DNA from: Candidatus Wolfebacteria bacterium
Lineage (GTDB): Bacteria > Patescibacteriota > Minisyncoccia > UBA6257 > UBA9933
Direction: 5' to 3'
Assembly (NCBI GenBank): GCA_016214005.1
Contig: JACRPK010000001.1
Coordinates: forward strand, 23,823-87,822
Length of the DNA stretch: 64,000 nucleotides
The first letter of the stretch is position 1, and the number at the start of each line of letters is the position of its first letter. A program made the position numbers and the translations under genes. Shown piece after piece: positions 49,116-58,841 of the stretch. A model generated the notes under the pieces. The model had not been told where the DNA came from and searched no databases. It saw nothing but the letters and a program-made list of their open reading frames with translations.

Positions 49116-49640
49116 ATGAAAATAGCAACAGCAAAATTAAATTATTTAAAAATGGCGCCAAGAAAGGTTAGATTGATGGCGGATGTCTTAAAAAAATTAT
49201 CAGCCAATGATGCGCAGGCTCAATTATTGATTAATTCAAAAAGATCATCCGAACCGCTGTTAAAGCTTTTGAATTCCGCAATCGCCAATGCCAAAAATCA
49301 GAATTTGAAATTAGAAAATTTATTTGTCAAAGACATCAGGGTCAATCAGGGGCCGATGCTTAAAAGATTTATGCCTCGGGCGCAAGGAAGAGCGGCAATG
49401 ATCCAGAAAAAAATGAGCCATGTTATTTTAATTTTGGCGGAATCGGAAAAAACCAAAAAACCGAGATTTAAAATGGCAAAAATTGAAAGAATTAAAAAGA
49501 GCGAAGCTCAGAAAATAAAACAGGCCGCTGAGGCGATGAAAGAAAAAGAAAAATCGAAGCCGGAAGGAGAAGAAAAAAAAGTAAAACAGGCGGAAAAACC
49601 GGGAATTGCGAAGAGAATGTTCCAGCGTAAATCTATTTAA
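49116..49640 (+). CDS. rplV: 50S ribosomal protein L22 (with long K/E-rich C-terminal extension)
   Basis: MKIATAKLNYLKMAPRKVRLMADVLKK uL22 start; 174 aa vs ~110 typical. Confidence 0.9.
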   Translation: MKIATAKLNYLKMAPRKVRLMADVLKKLSANDAQAQLLINSKRSSEPLLKLLNSAIANAKNQNLKLENLFVKDIRVNQGPMLKRFMPRAQGRAAMIQKKMSHVILILAESEKTKKPRFKMAKIERIKKSEAQKIKQAAEAMKEKEKSKPEGEEKKVKQAEKPGIAKRMFQRKSI

Positions 49641-49646
49641 ATTATT

Positions 49647-50318
49647 ATGGCACAAAAAATAAAACCAAATTCATTAAGAATGGGAATAACTAAAAATTGG
49701 AGCTCAAGATGGTTTCCTTTTAGAGGCAATTTTAAGTCATTTTTAGAAGAAGATGTTTTAATCAGAAAAATTGTCAATGAGAAAATTGCCAATGCCGGAA
49801 TTGATAAGGTTGATATTGAGAGAACTGGCAATAAATGCCGAGTTGTTATTCGCGCTAGCCGTCCGGGTCTTATTATCGGCCGCGGCGGAAAAGGCATAGA
49901 AGATCTGACAAAATTTTTGGAAACAGCTTTGAAAAAATTAAGGAAAGAAAAGAAAATTAACAATAATATTTCTTTAAGTTTAAATATAGAAGAATTGAAA
50001 CGCTTTGAATTATCTGCTAATGTTATCGCTCAGAATATTGCTTGGGATTTGGAAAAAAGAATGCCATTTAGAAGAACAATGAAAAAATATCTTGAGCAAA
50101 TTCTTCAAAATAGAGATGCGAAAGGCGCTAAAATAAAAATGTCCGGAAGACTTGATGGAGCGGAAATTGCCAGAACCGAGCAACTGGCCAAGGGCAGACT
50201 TCCTCTTCAGACTCTTCGCGCGGATATTGATTATGGCGAGGGAACAGCTTTTACGACATACGGAACAATCGGAATAAAAGTTTGGATATTTAAAGGAGAA
50301 ATATTTAATAAAAAATAA
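49647..50318 (+). CDS. rpsC: 30S ribosomal protein S3
   Basis: [18 protein letters not shown]… KH domain. Confidence 0.95.
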   Translation: MAQKIKPNSLRMGITKNWSSRWFPFRGNFKSFLEEDVLIRKIVNEKIANAGIDKVDIERTGNKCRVVIRASRPGLIIGRGGKGIEDLTKFLETALKKLRKEKKINNNISLSLNIEELKRFELSANVIAQNIAWDLEKRMPFRRTMKKYLEQILQNRDAKGAKIKMSGRLDGAEIARTEQLAKGRLPLQTLRADIDYGEGTAFTTYGTIGIKVWIFKGEIFNKK

Positions 50319-50320
50319 TT

Positions 50321-50731
50321 ATGTTATTGCCGAAAAAAGTAAAACATCGAAAATGGCAGAAGGGCAGATCTATTGATAGGAAGGTGGAGACGCGGGGAAT
50401 TTTTGTAAATTTTGGATCGCATGGATTGCAGGCTCTTTCGGGCGCATGGATTAATTCAAGACAAATTGAAGCGGCCAGAAAAGCGATTACTTTTTTTACA
50501 AAAAAAGGCGGTAAAATTTGGATAAGAATTTTTCCCGATAAACCGATTACCAAAAGACCGCCGGAAGTGACTATGGGAGGCGGAAAAGGAAGCGTTGATC
50601 ATTATGTTTTTCCCGTAAAGCCCGGAAGAATTTTATTTGAAATTGACGGCATAGATAAGGCGTCGGCCAAAGAAGCTTTGCGCCGCGCTGGCCACAAATT
50701 GCCGGTTAAAACGAGAATTGTGGAAAAATAA
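50321..50731 (+). CDS. rplP: 50S ribosomal protein L16
   Basis: [16 protein letters not shown] uL16. Confidence 0.95.
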   Translation: MLLPKKVKHRKWQKGRSIDRKVETRGIFVNFGSHGLQALSGAWINSRQIEAARKAITFFTKKGGKIWIRIFPDKPITKRPPEVTMGGGKGSVDHYVFPVKPGRILFEIDGIDKASAKEALRRAGHKLPVKTRIVEK

Positions 50732-50744
50732 TAAAATAATATAT

Positions 50745-50933
50745 ATGAAAAAACAGGAATTTCAAAAATTAAAAAATAGCTCAGCTGCGGAACTTCAACA
50801 AAGGCTGGCTGATTTTTATAATAAATTGCAAAAATTAAAATTTGACCTAAGGCAGGGCAAGGTAAAAAATATTAAAGAAATCCAGGAAATTAAAAAAACA
50901 ATTGCAAAAATATTAACGATAATAAATTCATAA
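50745..50933 (+). CDS. rpmC: 50S ribosomal protein L29
   Basis: MKKQEFQKLKNSSAAELQQRLADFYNKLQKLKFD; ATG 50745. Confidence 0.85.
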   Translation: MKKQEFQKLKNSSAAELQQRLADFYNKLQKLKFDLRQGKVKNIKEIQEIKKTIAKILTIINS

Positions 50934-50939
50934 AATATT

Positions 50940-51167
50940 ATGAGAAAATTACAAGGCACAATAGTTTCGGATAAAATGAACAAAACTCGCGTTATTGAAA
51001 TTACGCGTCTTAAACAGCATCCGAAATATAAAAAATATTATAAAGTGACAAGAAGATTTAAAGCCCATGACGAAACCAATGAATATAAAACAGGCGATAA
51101 AGTTGTGATTGAGGAAACAAGGCCGATATCAAAAGAAAAAAGATGGAAAATAATTTCTAAAATTTAA
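50940..51167 (+). CDS. rpsQ: 30S ribosomal protein S17
   Basis: uS17 pattern [19 protein letters not shown]. Confidence 0.9.
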   Translation: MRKLQGTIVSDKMNKTRVIEITRLKQHPKYKKYYKVTRRFKAHDETNEYKTGDKVVIEETRPISKEKRWKIISKI

Positions 51168-51171
51168 ATTT

Positions 51172-51540
51172 ATGATTCAGGAACGTTCAATTTTAAAAGT
51201 GGCTGATAATTCGGGGGCGAAAATCGTTCGTTGTTTTAGGATTTTGGGCGGCACTCGTCGTCGTTATGCGCAGATTGGAGATATTATCGTTACTTCCGTA
51301 CAGGAGGCTGAGCCAAGAAAAAATGTTAAGAAAAAAGATATTGTTAAAGCGGTGGTTGTCAGACAAAGAAATGTTATAAGAAGAAAAGACGGATCTTATG
51401 TAAGATTCGGCGATAATGCGGTTGTTTTAGTTGATGAGAAAAAGGAACCAAAAGCTACCAGAATTTTCGGGCCAATGCCAAGAGAATTGAAAGAAAAAGG
51501 TTTTGAAAAAATAATGACCATGGCAGAGGAAATAGTATAG
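51172..51540 (+). CDS. rplN: 50S ribosomal protein L14
   Basis: [17 protein letters not shown] uL14. Confidence 0.95.
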   Translation: MIQERSILKVADNSGAKIVRCFRILGGTRRRYAQIGDIIVTSVQEAEPRKNVKKKDIVKAVVVRQRNVIRRKDGSYVRFGDNAVVLVDEKKEPKATRIFGPMPRELKEKGFEKIMTMAEEIV

Positions 51541-51588
51541 AGTAATCACGAATAATGCGAATTGAAAGCAAATAATGCGAACACTATT

Positions 51589-51894
51589 ATGAAAATTATT
51601 AAAAACGATACAGTAAAAATATTATCAGGAAAAGACAAGGGAAAGAGCGGGAAAGTTTTGAAAGTTTTTCCGAAAGACGGAAAAATTTTGGTTGAAAATA
51701 TTAATATTTTCAAAAAGCATATCAGGCCGAAAAAACAGGGCGAACAAGGCCAGATTATTGATTTATCGAGGCCAATTTATGCAAATAAAGCGGCAATTAT
51801 TTGTCAATCATGCGGAAAGGCTGTAAAAACCGGTTATCGCATTGAAGGGAAAATAAAATCAAGAATTTGCAAAAAATGCCAGGCAAAAATCTAG
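51589..51894 (+). CDS. rplX: 50S ribosomal protein L24
   Basis: MKIIKNDTVKILSGKDKGKSGKVLKV; internal ATG 51589 preferred. Confidence 0.85.
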   Translation: MKIIKNDTVKILSGKDKGKSGKVLKVFPKDGKILVENINIFKKHIRPKKQGEQGQIIDLSRPIYANKAAIICQSCGKAVKTGYRIEGKIKSRICKKCQAKI

Positions 51895-51922
51895 AAAAAA
51901 TTTAGCAAAATAATTAATAAAA

Positions 51923-52477
51923 ATGAATACAAGTTTAACCGAAAAATATAATAAGGAAATTATTCCGAAAATGAAAGAAAAATTCGGATATAAAAATAAT
52001 TTAGCTGTTCCTTTTTTAAAAAAGGCGGTTATTAATGTCGGCCTTGGAAGAATGAGCCAGCAACCGAATTTTGTTGATAAAATTTTACCGGAAATTATTA
52101 AGGATTTATCTGCGATAACCGGACAAAAACCAAAAACAACAGCGGCTAAAAAATCAATTGCCGGATTTAAATTGAGAGAAGGCCAAATTGTCGGACTTAA
52201 AGTTACTTTACGCCGTAAAAAATTGAATGATTTTTTGGAAAGATTAATCAATATTGTTTTGCCTCGCGTTAAAGACTTTAAAGGAATTGATTTAAAAAAT
52301 ATTGATAAAAATGGGAATTTATCAGTTGGTTTGAAAGAACATGTTGTGTTTCCGGAAATTAATTCTGATCTTTTAAGATTTGACTTTGGTTTGGAAATTA
52401 GTATCGTAAGTAATGCGAAAAACAAGGAAGAGGCGATAGAATTGTATAAATTGCTGGGGATTCCATTTAAAAAATAA
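51923..52477 (+). CDS. rplE: 50S ribosomal protein L5
   Basis: uL5 pattern. Confidence 0.95.
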   Translation: MNTSLTEKYNKEIIPKMKEKFGYKNNLAVPFLKKAVINVGLGRMSQQPNFVDKILPEIIKDLSAITGQKPKTTAAKKSIAGFKLREGQIVGLKVTLRRKKLNDFLERLINIVLPRVKDFKGIDLKNIDKNGNLSVGLKEHVVFPEINSDLLRFDFGLEISIVSNAKNKEEAIELYKLLGIPFKK

Positions 52478-52481
52478 ATTT

Positions 52482-52667
52482 ATGGCAAAAACATCAGTTA
52501 TTGCAAGATCAAAAAAGAAACCGAAATATTCAACGAGAACAGTTCTGCGCTGTTTTAAATGCGGTCGAAAAAGAAGCTATATAAGAGATTTCGGCTTGTG
52601 TAGAATTTGTTTTAGGGAAATGGCTAGCCGCGGAGAAATTCCGGGAGTTAAAAAAGCCAGCTGGTAA
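52482..52667 (+). CDS. rpsN: 30S ribosomal protein S14 type Z (Zn-ribbon, 61 aa)
   Basis: [20 protein letters not shown]. Confidence 0.9.
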   Translation: MAKTSVIARSKKKPKYSTRTVLRCFKCGRKRSYIRDFGLCRICFREMASRGEIPGVKKASW

Positions 52668-52671
52668 AAAT

Positions 52672-53052
52672 ATGTACATAAATTTATTAACACAACTTAA
52701 AAATGCCCAGGCGGTTAAAAAAGAAAATATTAAAACTGTTTATTCAAAAATGGATGAAAGTATTTTAAAAGTTTTGGCTGGCAATAAATATATTGAAAAT
52801 TTTGAAAAAAAAGGTCAAAAAGTCAAGAAATTTTTAGATATTAAATTAAAATATTCAGATGGAGACGGTGTTATTGGCGGCATAAAATTTATCAGCAAAC
52901 CGTCAAGAAAAATCTATCTCGGCCATGAAGAAATAAAACCGGTTAAGCACGGCTATGGCTTGCTTGTGCTTTCAACTTCTAAGGGAATTATGTCTGGCAA
53001 TGAAGCAAAAAAAAATAAAGTCGGCGGAGAAGCGTTATTTACTATTTGGTAA
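52672..53052 (+). CDS. rpsH: 30S ribosomal protein S8
   Basis: uS8 pattern. Confidence 0.9.
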   Translation: MYINLLTQLKNAQAVKKENIKTVYSKMDESILKVLAGNKYIENFEKKGQKVKKFLDIKLKYSDGDGVIGGIKFISKPSRKIYLGHEEIKPVKHGYGLLVLSTSKGIMSGNEAKKNKVGGEALFTIW

Positions 53053-53060
53053 TTAAAAAT

Positions 53061-53606
53061 ATGTCAAGGATAGGAAAAAAACCAATAAATATTCCGAGCG
53101 GTGTTGAAATTTCGCTTATTGACGGAATTGTTAAGGTTAAAGGGAAAAATGGAGAAATTGACGTTAAACTTTTGCCGTTTGTTAATTTTGAAAAAAGCGA
53201 TAATGTTATTTCTTTTAACATTGGAAAAAATATCAAACAAGCCCGTTCTAATTGGGGAACAATGAGAGCGCTTGTTAATAATGCGATTTCGGGCGTTGTT
53301 TCGGAATTTTTAAAAACCTTGGAAATAGAAGGCGTTGGTTTTAAAGCAGCAATGGATGGGGCGAATTTAGTTTTAAATATCGGTTTTTCTCATCCGGTTA
53401 AATTTATTTCTCCGAAAGGAATTAAAATTAGCGTTGAAAAAAATACAATTAAAATTTCAGGAATCGATAAAATGTTAGTTGGAAAAATTGCGGCTGAAAT
53501 AAGAGCTTTGAAAAAACCTGAGCCTTATAAAGGCAAAGGAATCAGATATCAAGGAGAAACAATTAAGAGAAAAGAGGGCAAGAAAGCCGCCAGCGCGACT
53601 AAATAA
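53061..53606 (+). CDS. rplF: 50S ribosomal protein L6
   Basis: MSRIGKKPINIPSGVEI; ATG 53061. Confidence 0.9.
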   Translation: MSRIGKKPINIPSGVEISLIDGIVKVKGKNGEIDVKLLPFVNFEKSDNVISFNIGKNIKQARSNWGTMRALVNNAISGVVSEFLKTLEIEGVGFKAAMDGANLVLNIGFSHPVKFISPKGIKISVEKNTIKISGIDKMLVGKIAAEIRALKKPEPYKGKGIRYQGETIKRKEGKKAASATK

Positions 53607-53625
53607 AATTGTGAAATATTAAAAC

Positions 53626-53976
53626 ATGAATTATAAAAAATCTTTAAATAAAATAATAAAGCGCAGGAAGGCAAGAGTAAGGGCCAAACTTTTTGGAACC
53701 GTCGAAAAACCAAGGCTTTCAATTTTTAAAAGTAATCGCTATATTTATGTTCAGTTAATTGACGATGCGGTTGGTAAAACGGTTGTGAGCGCTTCTACAA
53801 GATCTTTGCCTGTTAAAGATAAGAAGAATTTTGCAGTTTCTCTTGGTGAAATTATCGCAAAAAAGGCCGGAGAAAAAAATATAAACAGCGTTATTTTTGA
53901 CAGGGGCCATTATAAATATCATGGCGAAATTAAAGCCATCGCTGAATCAGCGAGGAAAAGTGGTCTTAAATTTTAG
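53626..53976 (+). CDS. rplR: 50S ribosomal protein L18
   Basis: uL18 pattern. Confidence 0.9.
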   Translation: MNYKKSLNKIIKRRKARVRAKLFGTVEKPRLSIFKSNRYIYVQLIDDAVGKTVVSASTRSLPVKDKKNFAVSLGEIIAKKAGEKNINSVIFDRGHYKYHGEIKAIAESARKSGLKF

Positions 53977-54002
53977 AATAAAATTATAAAATACATAAAA
54001 TT

Positions 54003-54476
54003 ATGGAAAAAGTTATAGAAAAAGGACACAAAAAAGTTTCTGAATTTAAAGAAAAAGTTCTTGATTTAAGACGCGTGGCGCGCGTTATGGCAGGGGGAAA
54101 AAGATTTAGATTCAGGGCGACTATTATTGTTGGTAATGAAAAAGGCACGGTTGGATTAGGGATGGGGAAAGGTTTTGATGTTGCCCAGTCGGTTGAAAAG
54201 GCCAAATCTAGCGCTAAAAAGAATTTAATTGTTGTTAATTTAAAAAATAGCACAGTTGCCCATGATGTTGATGCAAAATTCAGCGCTGCGAGAGTTTTAA
54301 TCAAGCCAGCCAAAAAGGGTCATGGATTAAAAGCTGGCGGGGCAGTTCGTTCGGTTTTACTTTTGGCGGGCGTTAAAGATGCGACGGCAAAATGTTTGGG
54401 AGGAACAAAAAATAAATTGACTAATGCCATGGCAACTATTGAAGCTTTGAAAAAATTAAAAAGCCAAAAAAGTTAA
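54003..54476 (+). CDS. rpsE: 30S ribosomal protein S5
   Basis: uS5 pattern (dsRBD-like N-domain). Confidence 0.9.
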   Translation: MEKVIEKGHKKVSEFKEKVLDLRRVARVMAGGKRFRFRATIIVGNEKGTVGLGMGKGFDVAQSVEKAKSSAKKNLIVVNLKNSTVAHDVDAKFSAARVLIKPAKKGHGLKAGGAVRSVLLLAGVKDATAKCLGGTKNKLTNAMATIEALKKLKSQKS

Positions 54477-54484
54477 TAGATATT

Positions 54485-54907
54485 ATGCAATTACACGAAT
54501 TAAAAACAAAATTTAAGAAAAGAGATAAAAAGCGCGTTGGTCGCGGAGGAAAGCGAGGCACGACTTCCGGTCGAGGCACAAAAGGACAGAAATCGCGTTC
54601 TGGTCATCGTATTAGACCGGCTCAGCGCGATTTGATCCAGCGTTTGCCGAAACTCCGCGGTTTTCAAAATAAATCTTTGGTTGATAAATCTTTAACAATT
54701 AATCTTGGCGATTTGGATAAAAAAATTAAGGGGAATTTGGTTGATATTAACGCCTTGATTGAAGCCGGTCTTATAAAAAAATCAGTTAAAAAAGTTAAAA
54801 TTTTAAATAACGGCGATTTGAAGCGCGCCTTAGAAATTAAAGGCTTAAAAATTTCAGCCGGCGCCAAGAAAAAAATTGAATCTGCCGGAGGAAAAATTAA
54901 TGATTAA
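54485..54907 (+). CDS. rplO: 50S ribosomal protein L15 (no rpmD/L30 between rpsE and rplO)
   Basis: GRGGKRGTTSGRGTKGQKSRSG uL15. Confidence 0.9.
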   Translation: MQLHELKTKFKKRDKKRVGRGGKRGTTSGRGTKGQKSRSGHRIRPAQRDLIQRLPKLRGFQNKSLVDKSLTINLGDLDKKIKGNLVDINALIEAGLIKKSVKKVKILNNGDLKRALEIKGLKISAGAKKKIESAGGKIND

Positions 54908-56168
54908 TTTTTTTCAAATTTTAAAAATAAAAGATCTTCGCAATAAAATTTTTATTGTTGCTTTTTTGCTGGTTTGTTTCAGATTATTATCGGTTATTCC
55001 GATTCCTGATGTTGATATTGTCAGACTTAAAGAATTTTTGTCTTCAAATCAATTATTCGGATTTTTAAGCATTTTTTCGGGCGGCGCTTTGCAAAATTTG
55101 TCAATTGCGATGTTGGGTGTTGCGCCTTATATTACATCGACTATCATAATGCAGCTTTTGACAATGATTTTCCCGTCATTTAAAGAAATGTATTATGAAG
55201 AAGGCGCTGTTGGAAGGGCAAAATTTAATCGTTATTCAAGATATTTGACAGTTCCTTTGGCCGGTCTTCAGGGATACGGATTTTTAAATCTGCTTGTTTC
55301 AAAAGGAGTTTTGCCTCAGGCGAATTTGTTTAGTTCTTTGAAAGACGTGATTTTGATTACTGCCGGCACCATGATTTTGGTTTGGATTGGCGAGCTTATC
55401 AGCGAACAAAAAATCGGCAATGGCATTTCTCTTATAATTTTTTCCGGAATTGTTGCCGGATTGCCGGGTATGATAAAAAATATGGTTGCTTCTTATAGCG
55501 CTGATATGCTGCTTACTTATGTTGTTTTTGCGGCAGTGGCAATAATAGTTATTGCCGGTGTGGTATTCATCCAGGAGGGAGAAAGAAAAATTCCGATTGC
55601 CTATGCCAAGCAGGTGAGGGGAATGAAAATGTACGGCGGCGCTTCAAGCTATCTTCCTCTTAAAGTCAATCAGGCCGGAGTTATCCCGATAATTTTTGCG
55701 ATTTCAATTTTGCTTTTTCCGCAATTTCTTGCTCAAATTTCTTCAATAATCTCTTCGGATTTCGCTTTAAAATTTAACGAATTGGTGGCTAAATTTTTCA
55801 ATAATCAATATATTTACGCGGTTCTTTATTTTTCATTGGTTGTGATTTTCACGTATTTTTATACAGCTGTTACTTTTGATCCAAAAGAAATTTCCAAAAA
55901 TCTTCAGCGGTCCGGCGGATTTATTACCGGTATTAGGCCGGGCGAATCAACCGCTCTTATGCTTTCAAAAATTATTAATCGTCTTACCTTGAGCGGAGCG
56001 CTATTTTTGGGATTGATAGCGATTTTGCCGAATTTAACTCAAATTATTACCGGAATTTCAATTTTAACGATCGGTGGCACCGCGCTTTTGATCGTTGTTT
56101 CCGTTGCTTTGGAAACAATGAAGCAAATTAATTCGCAATTGGTGATGCGCGATTATGAAACTTTCTAA
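54900..56168 (+). CDS. secY: preprotein translocase subunit SecY
   Basis: 10-TM SecY pattern; ATG 54900 (MINFFQILKIKDLRNKI). Confidence 0.9.
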   Translation: MINFFQILKIKDLRNKIFIVAFLLVCFRLLSVIPIPDVDIVRLKEFLSSNQLFGFLSIFSGGALQNLSIAMLGVAPYITSTIIMQLLTMIFPSFKEMYYEEGAVGRAKFNRYSRYLTVPLAGLQGYGFLNLLVSKGVLPQANLFSSLKDVILITAGTMILVWIGELISEQKIGNGISLIIFSGIVAGLPGMIKNMVASYSADMLLTYVVFAAVAIIVIAGVVFIQEGERKIPIAYAKQVRGMKMYGGASSYLPLKVNQAGVIPIIFAISILLFPQFLAQISSIISSDFALKFNELVAKFFNNQYIYAVLYFSLVVIFTYFYTAVTFDPKEISKNLQRSGGFITGIRPGESTALMLSKIINRLTLSGALFLGLIAILPNLTQIITGISILTIGGTALLIVVSVALETMKQINSQLVMRDYETF

Positions 56169-56874
56169 AAAAAATCTTCCGAAGAAAATTGCAGTGATAT
56201 TTTACGGACCGCCTGGAGCCGGCAAAGGAACTCAAGCCCAGCTTTTGGCGGATAAATTAAATTTGTTTCATTTTGATACCGGCAGGTATATAAGAGATAT
56301 TATTTATGACCCAACTCTTCAAAAAAATAAAATTATCCAAAAAGAGAGAAAAATAAATGAAGCCGGCGGACTTAATACGGCTTCCTGGATTTTTGAAATT
56401 GTCAGTAAAAAAATTGATGAATTAAACAAATTAAATAAAAGCGTTGTTTTAAGCGGTTCGCCCAGGACAATGGCTGAAACTTTTGGCGATAAAAAAACAA
56501 AAGGACTGATCGAACTTTTGGAAAAAGATTACGGCAAAAAAAACATTTTTATTATTGCCCTTAATTTGACAGAAAGCGAATCTTTAAAACGAAATACTCA
56601 TCGTTTAATTTGCTCTCAATGCCGCTTGGCGATATTGTCTTCAATTCCTCAATTTAAAAATTTAAAAATGTCAAAATGCCCATTTTGCGGAGGAGATTTG
56701 AAACATCGTTTTGACGATAAAAAAGAAGTTATTTTGCGCCGTTTGGAATCTTATAAAGAAATGACATATCCGATTATCGGGGAATTGGCAAAAAGAAAAT
56801 ATCGGATTATAAAAATCAATGCCGCGCCGCTGCCTTATCAGGTTCATCAAAAAATAATTGGTTATTTAAAATAA
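56155..56874 (+). CDS. adk: adenylate kinase (long form with Zn-binding lid)
   Basis: P-loop GPPGAGKGTQA; lid CSQC…CPFCGG. Confidence 0.9.
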   Translation: MKLSKKNLPKKIAVIFYGPPGAGKGTQAQLLADKLNLFHFDTGRYIRDIIYDPTLQKNKIIQKERKINEAGGLNTASWIFEIVSKKIDELNKLNKSVVLSGSPRTMAETFGDKKTKGLIELLEKDYGKKNIFIIALNLTESESLKRNTHRLICSQCRLAILSSIPQFKNLKMSKCPFCGGDLKHRFDDKKEVILRRLESYKEMTYPIIGELAKRKYRIIKINAAPLPYQVHQKIIGYLK

Positions 56875-56876
56875 TT

Positions 56877-57641
56877 ATGGTTCGTATTTATTCTCAAGAA
56901 GAAATTGAGAAAATTGCGGCTTCCGGAGGAATTTTAGCAAATGTTTTAAAGAGTGTTGCAAAAGAAGCCAAAATCGGAGTAAGTTTGAAAGATTTGGACA
57001 ATTTAGCTTTTAAACTTACGAAAGAAGCTGGCGCAGATCCGGCTTTTTTGGGGTATCGACCCAGAGGAGCCGAAAAATCATACAGCGCTTCAATTTGCTC
57101 TTCTTTAAATGATGTGGTGGTTCACGGACTTCCAACGAGCTATAAATTAAAAAATGGGGATATCTTTAAAATTGATTTTGGCGTAAAATATCAAGGATTT
57201 TATTCTGATTCGGCAATAACGATTGCTATTGGAAAAATTTCAAAAGAAGCGGATAATTTGATAAACGCGACTAAAATTGCCCTTGATGAAGCAATTTGTA
57301 TGGCGCAGCCGGGAAATCATTTGGGAGATATCGGCTGGATAATTGAAAAAATCGCTAAAAAATTTAAAGTTAAAGTTATAAAAAATCTTACTGGCCATGG
57401 CATTGGAAAAAATCTTCACGAAGAGCCGACGATTTATAATTTTGGGGAAAAGGGAACTGGATTAGAATTAAAACCAGGAATGGTTTTGGCGATTGAGCCG
57501 ATGTTTTCAACTGGCACGGATCAAATTATCCAGAAAAAAGATGAAAGCTGGGCAACAAGAGACAGGAGTTTATCGGCTCATTTTGAGCATACGATAGCCA
57601 TAAGAGAAAGCGGCTCTAGCGTGTTGACGAATTATATTTAA
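56877..57641 (+). CDS. map: type I methionine aminopeptidase
   Basis: Pita-bread fold metal ligands (D…D…H…E…E). Confidence 0.9.
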   Translation: MVRIYSQEEIEKIAASGGILANVLKSVAKEAKIGVSLKDLDNLAFKLTKEAGADPAFLGYRPRGAEKSYSASICSSLNDVVVHGLPTSYKLKNGDIFKIDFGVKYQGFYSDSAITIAIGKISKEADNLINATKIALDEAICMAQPGNHLGDIGWIIEKIAKKFKVKVIKNLTGHGIGKNLHEEPTIYNFGEKGTGLELKPGMVLAIEPMFSTGTDQIIQKKDESWATRDRSLSAHFEHTIAIRESGSSVLTNYI

Positions 57642-57663
57642 AATGTAAAAATCAATCAATTTT

Positions 57664-58386
57664 ATGAATCCTTATCTTTCAATAATTATTCCGGCTTATA
57701 ATGAAGCTAAGCGCTTGCCCTTAACTTTGATTGATATCAATAAACACCTTCAAAATGTTGATTTTTCTTATGAAATTATTGTGGTTGACAATAATTCAAC
57801 TGACGCAACTCCGGAAATTGTTGAAAGGTTTTCTCATTTAATTGAAAATTTAAAAATTATTAAATGCAACGCGCCGGGAAAAGGCGCTGCGGTAAAACGC
57901 GGAATGCTTGAGGCCAAAGGAGAAATTCGTCTTTTTACGGATGCAGACAATTCAACCTCAATAGATCAATTTTTTAAGATGGAACATTATTTTAAAAGCG
58001 GTTATGATGTTGTGATCGGCTCACGCGATGTTGAGGGCGCCAAACTTGTGCCTCCTCAACCGTTTTATAGAAGAGTTCCCGGGAACATCGGCAATTTGAT
58101 AATTCAGACTTTGCTTTTGTCGGGCATTTGGGATACGCAGTGCGGGTTCAAAGCTTTTACAGCCGAAGCGACGGAAAAAATTTTTCCGCTTTTGAAAATC
58201 AGCCGCTGGGGGTTTGATGTTGAAGTTTTGTCGCTTGCTAAAAAATTCGGATATAAAATAAAAGAAATTCCGGTTGTCTGGGTGAATAATCCGTTTTCTA
58301 AAGTAAGGGCGTCGGATTATTTGCAAGTTTTGCTAGAAGTGATTAAAATACGATATTGGTTAACAATGAAAAAATATAAAATATGA
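57664..58386 (+). CDS. GT2 glycosyltransferase, dolichyl-phosphate beta-glucosyltransferase/DPM-synthase-like
   Basis: SIIIPAYNEAKRL…IIVVDNNSTD…LFTDADNS (GT-A DXD). Confidence 0.7.
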   Translation: MNPYLSIIIPAYNEAKRLPLTLIDINKHLQNVDFSYEIIVVDNNSTDATPEIVERFSHLIENLKIIKCNAPGKGAAVKRGMLEAKGEIRLFTDADNSTSIDQFFKMEHYFKSGYDVVIGSRDVEGAKLVPPQPFYRRVPGNIGNLIIQTLLLSGIWDTQCGFKAFTAEATEKIFPLLKISRWGFDVEVLSLAKKFGYKIKEIPVVWVNNPFSKVRASDYLQVLLEVIKIRYWLTMKKYKI

Positions 58387-58841
58387 CAAATTTTTATTTA
58401 ACAAAAGAACGCGTTGAGGAATTGAAAGTTGAATTAAATAGGCTTAAAAAAGAAGGCCGAAGCGAAATCGCGGCTAAACTTAAGCGCGCTAAAGAATACG
58501 GCGATTTGTCGGAAAATGCCGAGTATTCCGAGGCAAAAGACGAGCAAGCCCGCGTTGAAACTAGAATTTTTGAGCTTGAAAATATTTTGCGCAATGTTTC
58601 AATAATTAAAAAAACCAGCGGACGGGATAATGTTTCAATAGGAGCGACGATTGAAGTTAAAAAAGGATCCAGGGTTATAAAATACACGATTGTCGGTTCA
58701 AATGAAGCCAAGCCTGAAGCGAATCTCATTTCCAATGAATCTCCATTGGGCAAAGCTTTTTTGGGCAAGAAAAAAGGCGATAGCGTTGAAGTCCAAACTC
58801 CCAGCGGAAAGGTAGAATATAAAATAATGAAGATTGAGTAG
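58383..58841 (+). CDS. greA: transcription elongation factor GreA
   Basis: YGDLSENAEYSEAKDEQARVETRIFELE coiled-coil. Confidence 0.85.
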   Translation: MTNFYLTKERVEELKVELNRLKKEGRSEIAAKLKRAKEYGDLSENAEYSEAKDEQARVETRIFELENILRNVSIIKKTSGRDNVSIGATIEVKKGSRVIKYTIVGSNEAKPEANLISNESPLGKAFLGKKKGDSVEVQTPSGKVEYKIMKIE

